DNA of 64,000 nt, from IMG/VR virus record IMGVR_UViG_3300046787_000286, positions 150,007-214,006 of that record, one strand, 5' to 3'. Positions within the stretch are counted from its first letter, which is position 1. The number at the start of each line of letters is the position of its first letter. Both the position numbers and the translations under genes were made by a program. Below, one piece after another: positions 19,257 to 27,308 of the stretch. The notes beneath the pieces were generated by a model. That model worked only from the letters and a program-made list of their open reading frames with translations. It had not been told where the DNA came from and searched no databases.

Positions 19257-20035
19257 TAAATAATGCTTACGCGATTGAGTTGGGTTTTGCCATCTTTGTG
19301 AGATTTAACAGTTCCTATAACTGTATGTTTCGACCCATTTGATAGCTCTGGGCGATAACTGAAAAATACAGCATGGTTGTCAGGGGTGATTGCAGTTACA
19401 AAATTTACGTTCCAGTTTTTACTAAACACGGTTTGGATAACTTCGATATCCAGTTTAATTTTGTCGCCTATGTTGCTGATGTATTTACCTGTGGTCTCTG
19501 CAAGCCGGTCTTGAACAGTCTCGCGAGTTTTTGCTCTAAAGAAGGAGTTGGGCAAGGCAGCGATTACAGCAAGTTCGTAACGATGTCCCACTGAGTAGAA
19601 TTTGTCCTTTACAGCAAGACATTTCTGTGCCGCTGAGTCAAATTCAGTGAGTTGGCTTTTAAGGGCACGGAACGTCAAGTCATTGTTTAGCCAGCGCCGA
19701 AGCTCTTCGCCGGTTTCAACATCGCCTACTGTGAGCCGGTCAGGATTTTGTAAAAACTCCAACATAACATCTCGATTTCGAAGTTGCACACTTAACACCC
19801 GCCCAGGATTTTCAGGATCTGCAATAGGTTTAGTTTCTTTTCGATATTCGCCGTTTACACGGTGCGCGGCACAGGCTGCGGCCCACACATCGCTTACAGA
19901 GTAGCCAACTTGATGTACAGGATGTGAGGTTTTACGGAAACCATAACGTTGTGGCTCCTCATCATAGTCATCGGCATGGCCCATGCGTCGAACTTCTTCG
20001 CTTGTCATATTTGATACGTCAACAAAACCAGGCAT
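19256..20035 (-). CDS. hypothetical protein with C-terminal OB-fold
   Basis: C-terminal IGTVKSH...TQLNRV; similar to 28732-29427. Confidence 0.7.
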   Translation of the reverse strand: MPGFVDVSNMTSEEVRRMGHADDYDEEPQRYGFRKTSHPVHQVGYSVSDVWAAACAAHRVNGEYRKETKPIADPENPGRVLSVQLRNRDVMLEFLQNPDRLTVGDVETGEELRRWLNNDLTFRALKSQLTEFDSAAQKCLAVKDKFYSVGHRYELAVIAALPNSFFRAKTRETVQDRLAETTGKYISNIGDKIKLDIEVIQTVFSKNWNVNFVTAITPDNHAVFFSYRPELSNGSKHTVIGTVKSHKDGKTQLNRVSII

Positions 20036-20044
20036 AACGATTCC

Positions 20045-20398
20045 TTAGACCAGCACAGAGGACATGTTGCTGGAGTAGCTAGCAATGAAATTTTCGCCAA
20101 CATCCAGGCTCACATAAGTGTCGCCTTGCATGCCTTGCTCAGAGTAGCCAACATCGCTATCGTCAAGGCCCATGGCAGTCAACAATTCTTTCAAGTCTTT
20201 TTCAAATTGACGATCTGTATAAATCAATCCGTCTTTGTTTACGTCCCAAGACTTGGTGTCAAAGTAAACACGGAGTTCGCCAAAGTCTTGCTCGTCATTA
20301 ACATACGCTAGGTTAATGCCAGTGACCTTAACGTCCTTGGCAACTTCTGACCAGTAGCCGCATCCGTTTGTGGACAAAATTGCAGTGACTTTACGCAT
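20045..20398 (-). CDS. hypothetical early protein
   Basis: GYWS...GELRVYF...IYTD..F...YSEQGMQG; AAGGAG RBS. Confidence 0.75.
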   Translation of the reverse strand: MRKVTAILSTNGCGYWSEVAKDVKVTGINLAYVNDEQDFGELRVYFDTKSWDVNKDGLIYTDRQFEKDLKELLTAMGLDDSDVGYSEQGMQGDTYVSLDVGENFIASYSSNMSSVLV

Positions 20399-20427
20399 TC
20401 GAACTCCTTTTGTTTCTGTATGTGTAT

Positions 20428-20507
20428 ATTATAGCAAATTGGGCAATTCTGGTCAACCAAAAAAATACCCTGCCAACTAGCAGGGTTTTGTAACACTTTG
20501 GGTTTAA
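20428..20507 (-). promoter_or_regulatory. palindrome-terminator-promoter cassette
   Basis: TTGACC-17-TATAAT (20428-20456), hairpin 20467-20486, degenerate palindrome 20490-20507. Confidence 0.85.
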
Positions 20508-20875
20508 TCTGTAAACTGCTGATTTTGCAGTTGTTGCCCTAGACTCTTTTGGGTTTTGATGTTGGCGTTGTTGCCTGTGCCCGAGTCCTTGTGACTAAAA
20601 ATACCATACAAATTAAACACAGTTGGATCTCTACCGCTGAGTGTGTAAAACACCGAAAGGTCTTGTGTTAGGTGAGCATGCTTGATACCGGGCACAGCTC
20701 TACCTAATGGGCCAGCTGATACCATTTGAGTATCACTTTTGCCAAACTGCTGGATTGGATTGTTAGTTTTAGTACCAACAAAATCTGCAAACTTTGCAGC
20801 CAGTCCCGGAACTGCCTGAGTCTTTTCAGCATAAGTTTTTTTAAACAACGGGCTCATCATGAACCGAACACTCAC
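20504..20875 (-). CDS. RelE/YafQ-like ribosome-dependent ribonuclease homolog
   Basis: S..FKK.Y N-terminus; HAHLTQDLSVFY...LYGIFSH; GTG start overlaps the upstream stop. Confidence 0.65.
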   Translation of the reverse strand: MSVRFMMSPLFKKTYAEKTQAVPGLAAKFADFVGTKTNNPIQQFGKSDTQMVSAGPLGRAVPGIKHAHLTQDLSVFYTLSGRDPTVFNLYGIFSHKDSGTGNNANIKTQKSLGQQLQNQQFTD

Positions 20876-21045
20876 TTTAGACTCTCCAGTAATTGTTCGC
20901 CTGTCATGGGCTCGCTCCATTCATTGGCTTGATGGGTGCGAACTACCTTAACTAAATCTTCAGTTAGGTAGCCGGTGTTGTTTTCAGCATCAATGCTTTC
21001 AAACAATGCTCGATCAGATGGTTGTTGGACTTCGTTAATACGCAT
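20872..21045 (-). CDS. 57-aa acidic protein, candidate antitoxin (not in ORF track)
   Basis: MRINEVQQPSDRALFESID...WSEPMTGEQLLESLK; TAAATA 4 nt upstream; GTGA overlap with the RelE-like gene. Confidence 0.6.
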   Translation of the reverse strand: MRINEVQQPSDRALFESIDAENNTGYLTEDLVKVVRTHQANEWSEPMTGEQLLESLK

Positions 21046-21048
21046 CAG

Positions 21049-21450
21049 TTATTTACTCTTTTTGGCTGCTTTGTTTTCTGCGTCTGAGGACTTTAGCACA
21101 CGCATCATTTCTGCTTGCTCAATTTCCTTTTTAACTTTGGCTTGGTATGCACGAACTTTAACTTCGCACTTTTCACGCTTGTTCTTGTCGGACACTTTGA
21201 TCAAGAAGTCGTAGTCACGTGCCCACTTTACACCAGCCAGCCATTGCTGGAGCTCTGTAATAGAACCGTTGAACAACATAGCATCTCGTGCGTAGGCAGG
21301 CAGTTCTTCGTCCTGGGGGAACACAGCTACAGTATCGCCGAATTTGCCGTCGCCCCAGCTGCCATGCTTGTCGTAGCCCCAACGCATGCCCAAGTCATGC
21401 AGTTGCTTTTCCAAGGCTTGGATTTTGAGAATTAGTGCATATCCGCTCAC
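21049..21450 (-). CDS. hypothetical protein
   Basis: 133-aa coupled ORF. Confidence 0.7.
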   Translation of the reverse strand: MSGYALILKIQALEKQLHDLGMRWGYDKHGSWGDGKFGDTVAVFPQDEELPAYARDAMLFNGSITELQQWLAGVKWARDYDFLIKVSDKNKREKCEVKVRAYQAKVKKEIEQAEMMRVLKSSDAENKAAKKSK

Positions 21451-21674
21451 GACAACAAATCTTTCATAATATTGATCCCCTCTGGTGGCAAGTTAACCAG
21501 GAGATACATCATTTGCGATTCTTCAACAACCACTTCTTCGTCGGGCCCGTTGGGATTAGATGCAATCTTTTCGTTGATAAACTTTGCCTGTACACTTTCT
21601 TCACCAAAGAAGATGTTGCACAGTTTCAAGTAACTGCCCAGGGTAGAGGGCTGACCGGTGCTGAGAGTAATCAT
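21447..21674 (-). CDS. hypothetical protein
   Basis: 75-aa coupled ORF. Confidence 0.65.
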   Translation of the reverse strand: MITLSTGQPSTLGSYLKLCNIFFGEESVQAKFINEKIASNPNGPDEEVVVEESQMMYLLVNLPPEGINIMKDLLS

Positions 21675-21982
21675 AATGTTTCCTTGTATTCAGGGTGAGA
21701 GGATTTGGCTTTTTCTGCACGCCAAGATTCTTGTTGTTCTTCATATTCACGAGTGGTACGAGCAATCGTTAGTTCCACCCAGAGCCATGTGCCAGATGCA
21801 ACGATAAGCATCACTGCCAGGCTCTGCAAGAAAAAGTGAGCCATAAGGTACACTACTGTGCCTAACACAGCAAGACCTACTACCGTTGCGGTTGCTACTT
21901 TGACTGCCATGATTGCAAAAAATACAATACCGTGCCCAATTTCTTTGAGTGCAAGTTTCAAATCCTGTTTGGTAAATGTCAT
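21671..21982 (-). CDS. membrane protein
   Basis: Two long hydrophobic segments; ATGA-coupled start at 21982. Confidence 0.65.
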   Translation of the reverse strand: MTFTKQDLKLALKEIGHGIVFFAIMAVKVATATVVGLAVLGTVVYLMAHFFLQSLAVMLIVASGTWLWVELTIARTTREYEEQQESWRAEKAKSSHPEYKETL

Positions 21983-22170
21983 TCTGTGTAGTCCTTTTTC
22001 AATGCTGTCCACGTTGCATTGTGCTGTTCTGCGATGTAATGTTGTGCCACTTTGAGCATAAACACAGCATGTTCATAACTTACTGGTATCACAACTTTAT
22101 CGCCGCACTCGATTTCTTTAAGAAGCTCAAGACGTTCCCAATCAGTATGAGGGAGCATTATTTGCCCCAC
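21979..22170 (-). CDS. hypothetical protein
   Basis: 63-aa coupled ORF. Confidence 0.55.
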   Translation of the reverse strand: MGQIMLPHTDWERLELLKEIECGDKVVIPVSYEHAVFMLKVAQHYIAEQHNATWTALKKDYTE

Positions 22171-22394
22171 AACAGTAAAAAGCGCCAGATTACGATTTCA
22201 TACATGGTCTGACCCTTCATGTTACGCACTTTACCAAAGTGCAAGTAGTCAGTCTTTTCATTTTCACGATCTGTAATATGCGTCCAACAATCGTTGGCCC
22301 AGTTTACTGAAAACAAGTAACCAAACAGGGTAAAGTACTTGGGTTCGTTAGGACATGGATATGTTTTGAAATATTCTCTTGCTCGTTCACTCAT
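22158..22394 (-). CDS. hypothetical protein
   Basis: 78-aa coupled ORF. Confidence 0.6.
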   Translation of the reverse strand: MSERAREYFKTYPCPNEPKYFTLFGYLFSVNWANDCWTHITDRENEKTDYLHFGKVRNMKGQTMYEIVIWRFLLLWGK

Positions 22395-22624
22395 TCTTCA
22401 ACTCCGAAATGTTTTAAAATATCAATACCAGCCCAAGAGCGACCTGAATTGTAATCTGAAGTATCACCATCTTCTTTTTGCACGGCGACTCGGAAACATT
22501 CTTTCACAATCAACTCGGCGAACTTTTCCATTAATTCGTGAAGTTGTTTGGCTTCTTCCATCTTAAATGTGTAGCCTATATCTTTATTAGCCTTATTAGC
22601 AAGGGATAGAATTTGTTCGTTCAT
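22391..22624 (-). CDS. small protein, FAELIV.EC/FGVEE family
   Basis: Paralog of 51480-51698 and 51695-51922. Confidence 0.75.
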   Translation of the reverse strand: MNEQILSLANKANKDIGYTFKMEEAKQLHELMEKFAELIVKECFRVAVQKEDGDTSDYNSGRSWAGIDILKHFGVEE

Positions 22625-22848
22625 TTTTGTTGCAGTAAAAAAGCAGTTAAATCCGGGCCTTCAACTTTTACAAGTTGCGAACCTTCTTGAAGCAGGGTTT
22701 GCCATTTGTGCTCTCCCCAGCGAATACGAGCTTTGCCCGACTCAGTGAATGCGTAGATCTTTGCCAGGCGGAGTCGGCGATAGTGTTGTTCCATAAACAC
22801 CACATGGTCGTCAATTTCTAGCGGGCGGAGCAAATAGTCTTTGGTCAT
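22621..22848 (-). CDS. hypothetical SH3/KOW-like protein
   Basis: D.L.RPL.IDD.VV pattern. Confidence 0.6.
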   Translation of the reverse strand: MTKDYLLRPLEIDDHVVFMEQHYRRLRLAKIYAFTESGKARIRWGEHKWQTLLQEGSQLVKVEGPDLTAFLLQQK

Positions 22849-23318
22849 TCTGCAGCCACCGACATTTCATTTTGCTCAATCACTTCGTCGGCAAGTGCTT
22901 CTGCCAACAGCACCAACTTGCCACCCAGCTTGTCATCGGAACCGTATGTAGTGCCCACATACCACTCACCGTCTTTCATGATGTAGTAATACTCGGCACC
23001 GCAGTCATCACATAGATTGATGAACTCTTCAAAAGTAGAAGTTGTTTTCCACTCAGTGCCAGTCTCGCCACGATCGCGACCGTAAAAAACACAGATGTCT
23101 TCTGCTGGCTTTTCAAATGAGTGCTCAACACCTTCTGCAACAAGCACATCAGGACGCAGGCTACTCAAGTCACCTAGTGCCACAAGGAAGTTGGCTTTGG
23201 TGCTGTCGTAGTGCTCTAACAAGAGACGACCGTTAAAGTCCAAATAACCATCCCAGTGACAATAAACACTTTTGCAGTTGCTACCGTGCATAACGCCAAT
23301 ACGTGAACGAGTTCCCAT
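22845..23318 (-). CDS. conserved hypothetical phage protein (YCHWDGY family)
   Basis: MGTRSRIG...SVYCHWDGY...FYGRDRGE...EYYY; AAGGAG RBS. Confidence 0.8.
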   Translation of the reverse strand: MGTRSRIGVMHGSNCKSVYCHWDGYLDFNGRLLLEHYDSTKANFLVALGDLSSLRPDVLVAEGVEHSFEKPAEDICVFYGRDRGETGTEWKTTSTFEEFINLCDDCGAEYYYIMKDGEWYVGTTYGSDDKLGGKLVLLAEALADEVIEQNEMSVAAE

Positions 23319-23328
23319 GTTTTTCTCC

Positions 23329-23532
23329 TTAAGCAGTAAAGTCGTAAGCAAATTCGTCGCCCACTTTGCTTGGGCTAACTTTGAAGTCGTATTCTTTGCA
23401 GAGCATAGAGAACACTCGGCGAGCTTGTTTTTCTTCCGCCTGGACAAACAATGTACCTTGGAAGAAATATGCTTGTGTGCCAGTTTTAAGAACAGTTGCA
23501 ACCTTGTCGAGCACTACTTTTTCAAACGCCAT
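23329..23532 (-). CDS. hypothetical early protein
   Basis: 67 aa after promoter and AAGGAG RBS. Confidence 0.7.
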   Translation of the reverse strand: MAFEKVVLDKVATVLKTGTQAYFFQGTLFVQAEEKQARRVFSMLCKEYDFKVSPSKVGDEFAYDFTA

Positions 23533-23554
23533 TTCAAACTCCTTTTGTTTCTTT

Positions 23555-23596
23555 ATGTGTATATTATAGCAAATCGGGCAATTTTGGTCAACCAAA
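23555..23596. repeat. 42-bp exact repeat containing a sigma70 promoter (copy 1)
   Basis: ATGTGTATATTATAGCAAATCGGGCAATTTTGGTCAACCAAA, identical at 23823-23864 and 52111-52152. Confidence 0.95.
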
Positions 23597-23824
23597 TGCT
23601 TTAACTAATCCTGTGAGTCCAAGTCCCAAGGCCACAAGATTCACTGCCATTTGTGGTTTATTTGCAACACGAACAGTCCATGTCAGGAACAATATTGTGC
23701 CTACAAAAAATGCAAGAATATTGTAAGGATAGGCTGCAGGTCCCACAGCGTTGAGACTGTGCCCTGCTATGATAAACACAGCACCGGCCCACTGTAAAAT
23801 TTCGTTTGTATCTAATTTCTTCAT
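23588..23824 (-). CDS. 3-TM small membrane protein (predicted leaderless), bounded by direct repeats
   Basis: ATG lies in repeat copy 2; TGA lies in the -35 box of copy 1. Confidence 0.75.
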   Translation of the reverse strand: MKKLDTNEILQWAGAVFIIAGHSLNAVGPAAYPYNILAFFVGTILFLTWTVRVANKPQMAVNLVALGLGLTGLVKAFG

Positions 23825-23911
23825 GTGTATATTATAGCAAATCGGGCAATTTTGGTCAACCAAAAAAATACCCCGCATTTCTGCAGGGTTAATGTAACAC
23901 TTGAGTATTAC
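23823..23911 (-). promoter_or_regulatory. palindrome-terminator-promoter cassette (contains repeat copy 2)
   Basis: TTGACC-17-TATAAT, hairpin 23870-23889, GTAACACTTGAGTATTAC at 23894-23911. Confidence 0.9.
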
Positions 23912-24117
23912 TTTTTAAACTCGTGTTCCACGTAGTACTTGACTAGGCTTTGCTGGCACATAGTAATCAAGTCACCGTGGGAGTCCGGCACAATGAAACG
24001 ATATGGGCATCGTCCCCAAGTGCCATGTTTTGTAAATTGCGAATACCAACGTCGATGTTCTTTGTTGGCAGGATCAAATACTGTCCAGGGACGGGCTTTG
24101 AAATGCAATACGCTCAT
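23908..24117 (-). CDS. hypothetical protein
   Basis: FDPANKEHR...WGRCPYRF; AAGGAG RBS. Confidence 0.7.
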   Translation of the reverse strand: MSVLHFKARPWTVFDPANKEHRRWYSQFTKHGTWGRCPYRFIVPDSHGDLITMCQQSLVKYYVEHEFKK

Positions 24118-24125
24118 GCTACTCC

Positions 24126-24686
24126 TTAGTTGATTACAAGATGTTTAAAATATTCAAAATGTTGTTCTAGTGTCCATGTTTCTGGGTCAATGGCGGTACC
24201 GTCATGTGTTTCAAACTTGGCCTCAAACACTTGACTGTATCGACGGAATGGCAACCACATGTCTGGTGTATGACTTGCCCAACCTGCTTCCTTGAGTTGT
24301 GCATGTTTTGCACGGCTCAATTTCACCGTAGGAGCGTTCAGTGCTTGCTCTACAGAGATAACACCGGCCAACAAAAGGTCACGGATACGTGCGGCAGGAA
24401 TTAGATGCTCAAAATCTGTTTCTGCGTCTGCACCTTGCTCATGATAGTGAGCGCCCATGCTGTCACGTTGCTTGATGCAGTACTCGTGATATCGACGAAG
24501 TTTTTCGTCAATGTCGTTGCGAAGCTCTCGCAACAGTTGCTGATCATTGCGCACAGCCTTGTATTCATCAACCAAGCGAGTTAGATGATTGGTACAGTGT
24601 TGAGACACAGTTTTGTATGTAGCAGTACTGCGTTGAGTCTTGCCGTACACAGGAGCAGTAAATTGTTGGAGAGATTCTTTTAACAT
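24126..24686 (-). CDS. hypothetical protein with HNH-like EH-x-I-P motif
   Basis: DFEHLIPA...H..L..AGW...P....PFRRY. Confidence 0.65.
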   Translation of the reverse strand: MLKESLQQFTAPVYGKTQRSTATYKTVSQHCTNHLTRLVDEYKAVRNDQQLLRELRNDIDEKLRRYHEYCIKQRDSMGAHYHEQGADAETDFEHLIPAARIRDLLLAGVISVEQALNAPTVKLSRAKHAQLKEAGWASHTPDMWLPFRRYSQVFEAKFETHDGTAIDPETWTLEQHFEYFKHLVIN

Positions 24687-25102
24687 TAGATAACCTCAAA
24701 AAGATTTGGGTCCAGGTCAACAACATTTGAATAACGATTGTGTTGATGCCCACTGTCTACTGTTACACGAGCATGGCATACTCGGCACAAACATTCAATG
24801 TTACTAGGATCAGTATTCATCTTATTGCCATCAATGTGATTCACGTCAATTTGAGAAGGATGAGTAATTGTAGTAGTGCAAGCAAATCCATGATGCGTGT
24901 CTCGATTCTCGCAACCACGCTTTAATTTCCAAGCATCAAACTCTGCTTTACGAGCTCCTCGATGGTCAGGGCAAGCCTGCATCCATTTAAAGCCGGGTCC
25001 TCCGTGGTTTAACTTAGAATACTTTTTATGGTAAGATACAAGATTATTGCATCCATCCATGACACATTTTGGTGCCCAGTTCTTTGAAATAGTTGCCTTC
25101 AT
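24686..25102 (-). CDS. HNH endonuclease
   Basis: IDVNHIDGNKMNTDPSNIECLCRVCH; additional Cys pairs. Confidence 0.85.
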   Translation of the reverse strand: MKATISKNWAPKCVMDGCNNLVSYHKKYSKLNHGGPGFKWMQACPDHRGARKAEFDAWKLKRGCENRDTHHGFACTTTITHPSQIDVNHIDGNKMNTDPSNIECLCRVCHARVTVDSGHQHNRYSNVVDLDPNLFEVI

Positions 25103-25103
25103 G

Positions 25104-26150
25104 TTACGCCTCAGGGAAAAGACCGTCTGCAATATTGCCAGCCTCGACACCCATTTTAGCACCTTCGCCGTGGTAGGGCAAGTTCAATGAGCCACCGTTG
25201 CGTAAATGCAACTCACGCAAGAAGTTTGCCATTGCGCTGGGCGCTGACCAAGTTGCACCTGGGTTCACGTGTTCCCACTGTACTTTGGCTTTGGCGTGGA
25301 TCAAGGCACTTGACTTGAATGTGGGCTTGATGCTTTCCAGCAAAGTCTTCATCCAACCTGCAGGCAGTTTTTCGTTGGGGTTTGTGCTAGAGATGCGGTG
25401 CAACTCATACAAGCCAATAAAACAACCCTGATCAATTTCTTCTTGCAGTGGGAAAGTGTCTTTGATTGCGCTGAGAATGTTGAACAGCACTGTGCCGCTT
25501 TCGTCTACTTCGATGCCTTTTTGTGCATACTTAAAGTGACTCATAAAGTAGTCATTGTCGCCACGCAGGTTGTCACTAGCACGAGAGCCTTTGTCTTGTA
25601 AGTCAATGCCGCAAGCATCAAATTGATCTTGCATTGTGCGAGCACGAACGTTTTTAATGTCACGGCTACCGTTTTTATAGCGCACCAGAGCATTACGATG
25701 CAAATCGCCAGGGCCTAAGCGTTTGACGCCGGTGTCGTTGAGCATTTCGAATGCATAACTTGCAAAGTTAGGGTCGTTAGTTTCCACCACAGCACAAGGA
25801 ACTTCCGCAAAGCCCAGGATAGCCGAGGCAATAGTACGATGTTGACCATCATATGTATCCGTTTGCTTTTTACCGTTCAGGCGGCATGCGCTTACAGGTG
25901 AGCAGATACGTGGATCCCACTTTTTCATGATGTTGATAATATGCTTGTGCAATACATCACGTTGAACTTCGTAGTCAATACTCAGTTCATCAATAGGAAC
26001 CATTGCAGTATTAGGGAAGGCAAACTTGCTGGCTTTGGCTGCTGCTCGCCATGTATCGAGTTCTTTTTGTGTCACACCATAGTGTGCTTTGAGCTGGGCT
26101 TCAACTTCGCGAGCCACATCAATGAGTTTACGAGTAAGGCGTTTTGCCAT
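25104..26150 (-). CDS. ParB/Srx-fold protein with DGQHR motif
   Basis: IDYEVQR...YDGQHRT...F..LN..G.K. Confidence 0.8.
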   Translation of the reverse strand: MAKRLTRKLIDVAREVEAQLKAHYGVTQKELDTWRAAAKASKFAFPNTAMVPIDELSIDYEVQRDVLHKHIINIMKKWDPRICSPVSACRLNGKKQTDTYDGQHRTIASAILGFAEVPCAVVETNDPNFASYAFEMLNDTGVKRLGPGDLHRNALVRYKNGSRDIKNVRARTMQDQFDACGIDLQDKGSRASDNLRGDNDYFMSHFKYAQKGIEVDESGTVLFNILSAIKDTFPLQEEIDQGCFIGLYELHRISSTNPNEKLPAGWMKTLLESIKPTFKSSALIHAKAKVQWEHVNPGATWSAPSAMANFLRELHLRNGGSLNLPYHGEGAKMGVEAGNIADGLFPEA

Positions 26151-26226
26151 GATAATTTCCTTTTAAATGATGCACAATGCATCGGGTTGTAAGCTGCCTA
26201 GTACCATACTTGGCTTGCTTATGAGT

Positions 26227-26284
26227 ATTATATAGCAAATACCCTATGCTGTCAACCTCTAAATGTGTAGTACTATCGTATTAC
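26227..26284 (-). promoter_or_regulatory. early promoter with palindrome
   Basis: TTGACA-17-TATAAT; GTAGTACTATCGTATTAC at 26267-26284. Confidence 0.85.
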
Positions 26285-26635
26285 ACGTTCAGTAGTTTCT
26301 CTGTGGCTCACATACATGTGGCCAATACGTCGAATTGTGTCTGCGGCATTTTGCGGGTCTGCTTCGAACATATCACGTATGTGATCTTCGCTGATACCCG
26401 GTGTGGCAGTAATGATGTAGATTTCGTAGTTGCGTTGAGGATTGAAACGTGCTCGCAGTTCCCACATGTTGATGTTAGGCATTGCTGGTGGCTCAACCCC
26501 TTTTAGCAGTGCAAAGGTGGTGTCAGCAGGGTCGGGACATCGTGCCACGGCTTCAAGTCCGTTGCAGTCCCACATGATAGCGAACATGCCATTGCGGCGA
26601 TCTTCTGCTTCTTCGTCGTCCCAGTCTTCAATCAT
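26273..26635 (-). CDS. hypothetical protein
   Basis: MWDCNGLE...LRARFNPQRNYEIY. Confidence 0.7.
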   Translation of the reverse strand: MIEDWDDEEAEDRRNGMFAIMWDCNGLEAVARCPDPADTTFALLKGVEPPAMPNINMWELRARFNPQRNYEIYIITATPGISEDHIRDMFEADPQNAADTIRRIGHMYVSHRETTERVIR

Positions 26636-26796
26636 TTTGGAACTCCAACTGCTACACAATGTTGATCTCGCGGTAATGATTTTTCACAATGTTTAATTGC
26701 CTGCCGATACTTTTCAGCATCGGCAAACGGCATGGTGTGTAGTATAGAACAGATAAAGAATCCCAACACAATGCACCACATGTTGTCTTTTGTCAT
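26632..26796 (-). CDS. 54-aa membrane-anchored peptide (not in ORF track)
   Basis: Hydrophobic N-terminus, CEKSLPRDQHC; ATGA overlaps on both sides. Confidence 0.6.
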   Translation of the reverse strand: MTKDNMWCIVLGFFICSILHTMPFADAEKYRQAIKHCEKSLPRDQHCVAVGVPK

Positions 26797-27017
26797 AACA
26801 TGAACTTTTTCAATACTAAATTGGCTTCAGTAAGGTCTGAATCTTCAAGTGCATCCAACAATTCTTGTTCCTGGATTATGTTTAGCAGTCGTGCGGCTTG
26901 AATGAGCTCAATTGCATACTTGATGTCGTCGCTGGGAAGGCTCATGGCCCAGGCGTCAAACTCCTGGTCCGAAAGACTCATGATAAAGTTTAGTTGATCT
27001 TGATCATACGGGTTCAT
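26793..27017 (-). CDS. hypothetical acidic protein
   Basis: AAGGAG RBS; promoter TTGACC-17-TATAAT at 27044-27072. Confidence 0.7.
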   Translation of the reverse strand: MNPYDQDQLNFIMSLSDQEFDAWAMSLPSDDIKYAIELIQAARLLNIIQEQELLDALEDSDLTEANLVLKKFML

Positions 27018-27068
27018 TGCTACACTCCTTAGAACATAGCCATATTATAGCAAATGATTAATTAATGG

Positions 27069-27308
27069 TCAACCGCCCCATTTTAGCAGAAAAGCACAGT
27101 AATCACGCTCGTTGTCGAAGTAAAATAGGTAGCGACCATCTGCGTGATCCGAACTAACTTGTATCAATTGCCAACGCCATTCGCCTTGCATTTCTGATTC
27201 CTTGCACCAGGCGATCACTGAGTCCAGGCCGCCAAATGGTTGATGGATTTCGACTGCATGTTTAAAACTATCTTTTGCTCTTACAACTAGGTTGTCTAAA
27301 ACATTCAT
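27069..27308 (-). CDS. dispersed member of the F-x-L-[RK]-W small-protein family
   Basis: VIAWC...W.W...FYFDNERDYCAFLLKW. Confidence 0.8.
   Translation of the reverse strand: MNVLDNLVVRAKDSFKHAVEIHQPFGGLDSVIAWCKESEMQGEWRWQLIQVSSDHADGRYLFYFDNERDYCAFLLKWGG

Noticed and set aside
23547-23574. Promoter repeat resembles a dif site (TGTATA followed by TTATAGCAAAT, like a XerD arm)
   Set aside because: There is no XerC arm or inner ATAA/TTAT dyad, and the match is explained by the reverse-complement -10 box.
23329-23878. Repeated peptide VDQNCPICYNIH in the ORF track (also near 20430 and 42820) looking like a CxxC domain
   Set aside because: It is the translated promoter repeat upstream of the true start codons.
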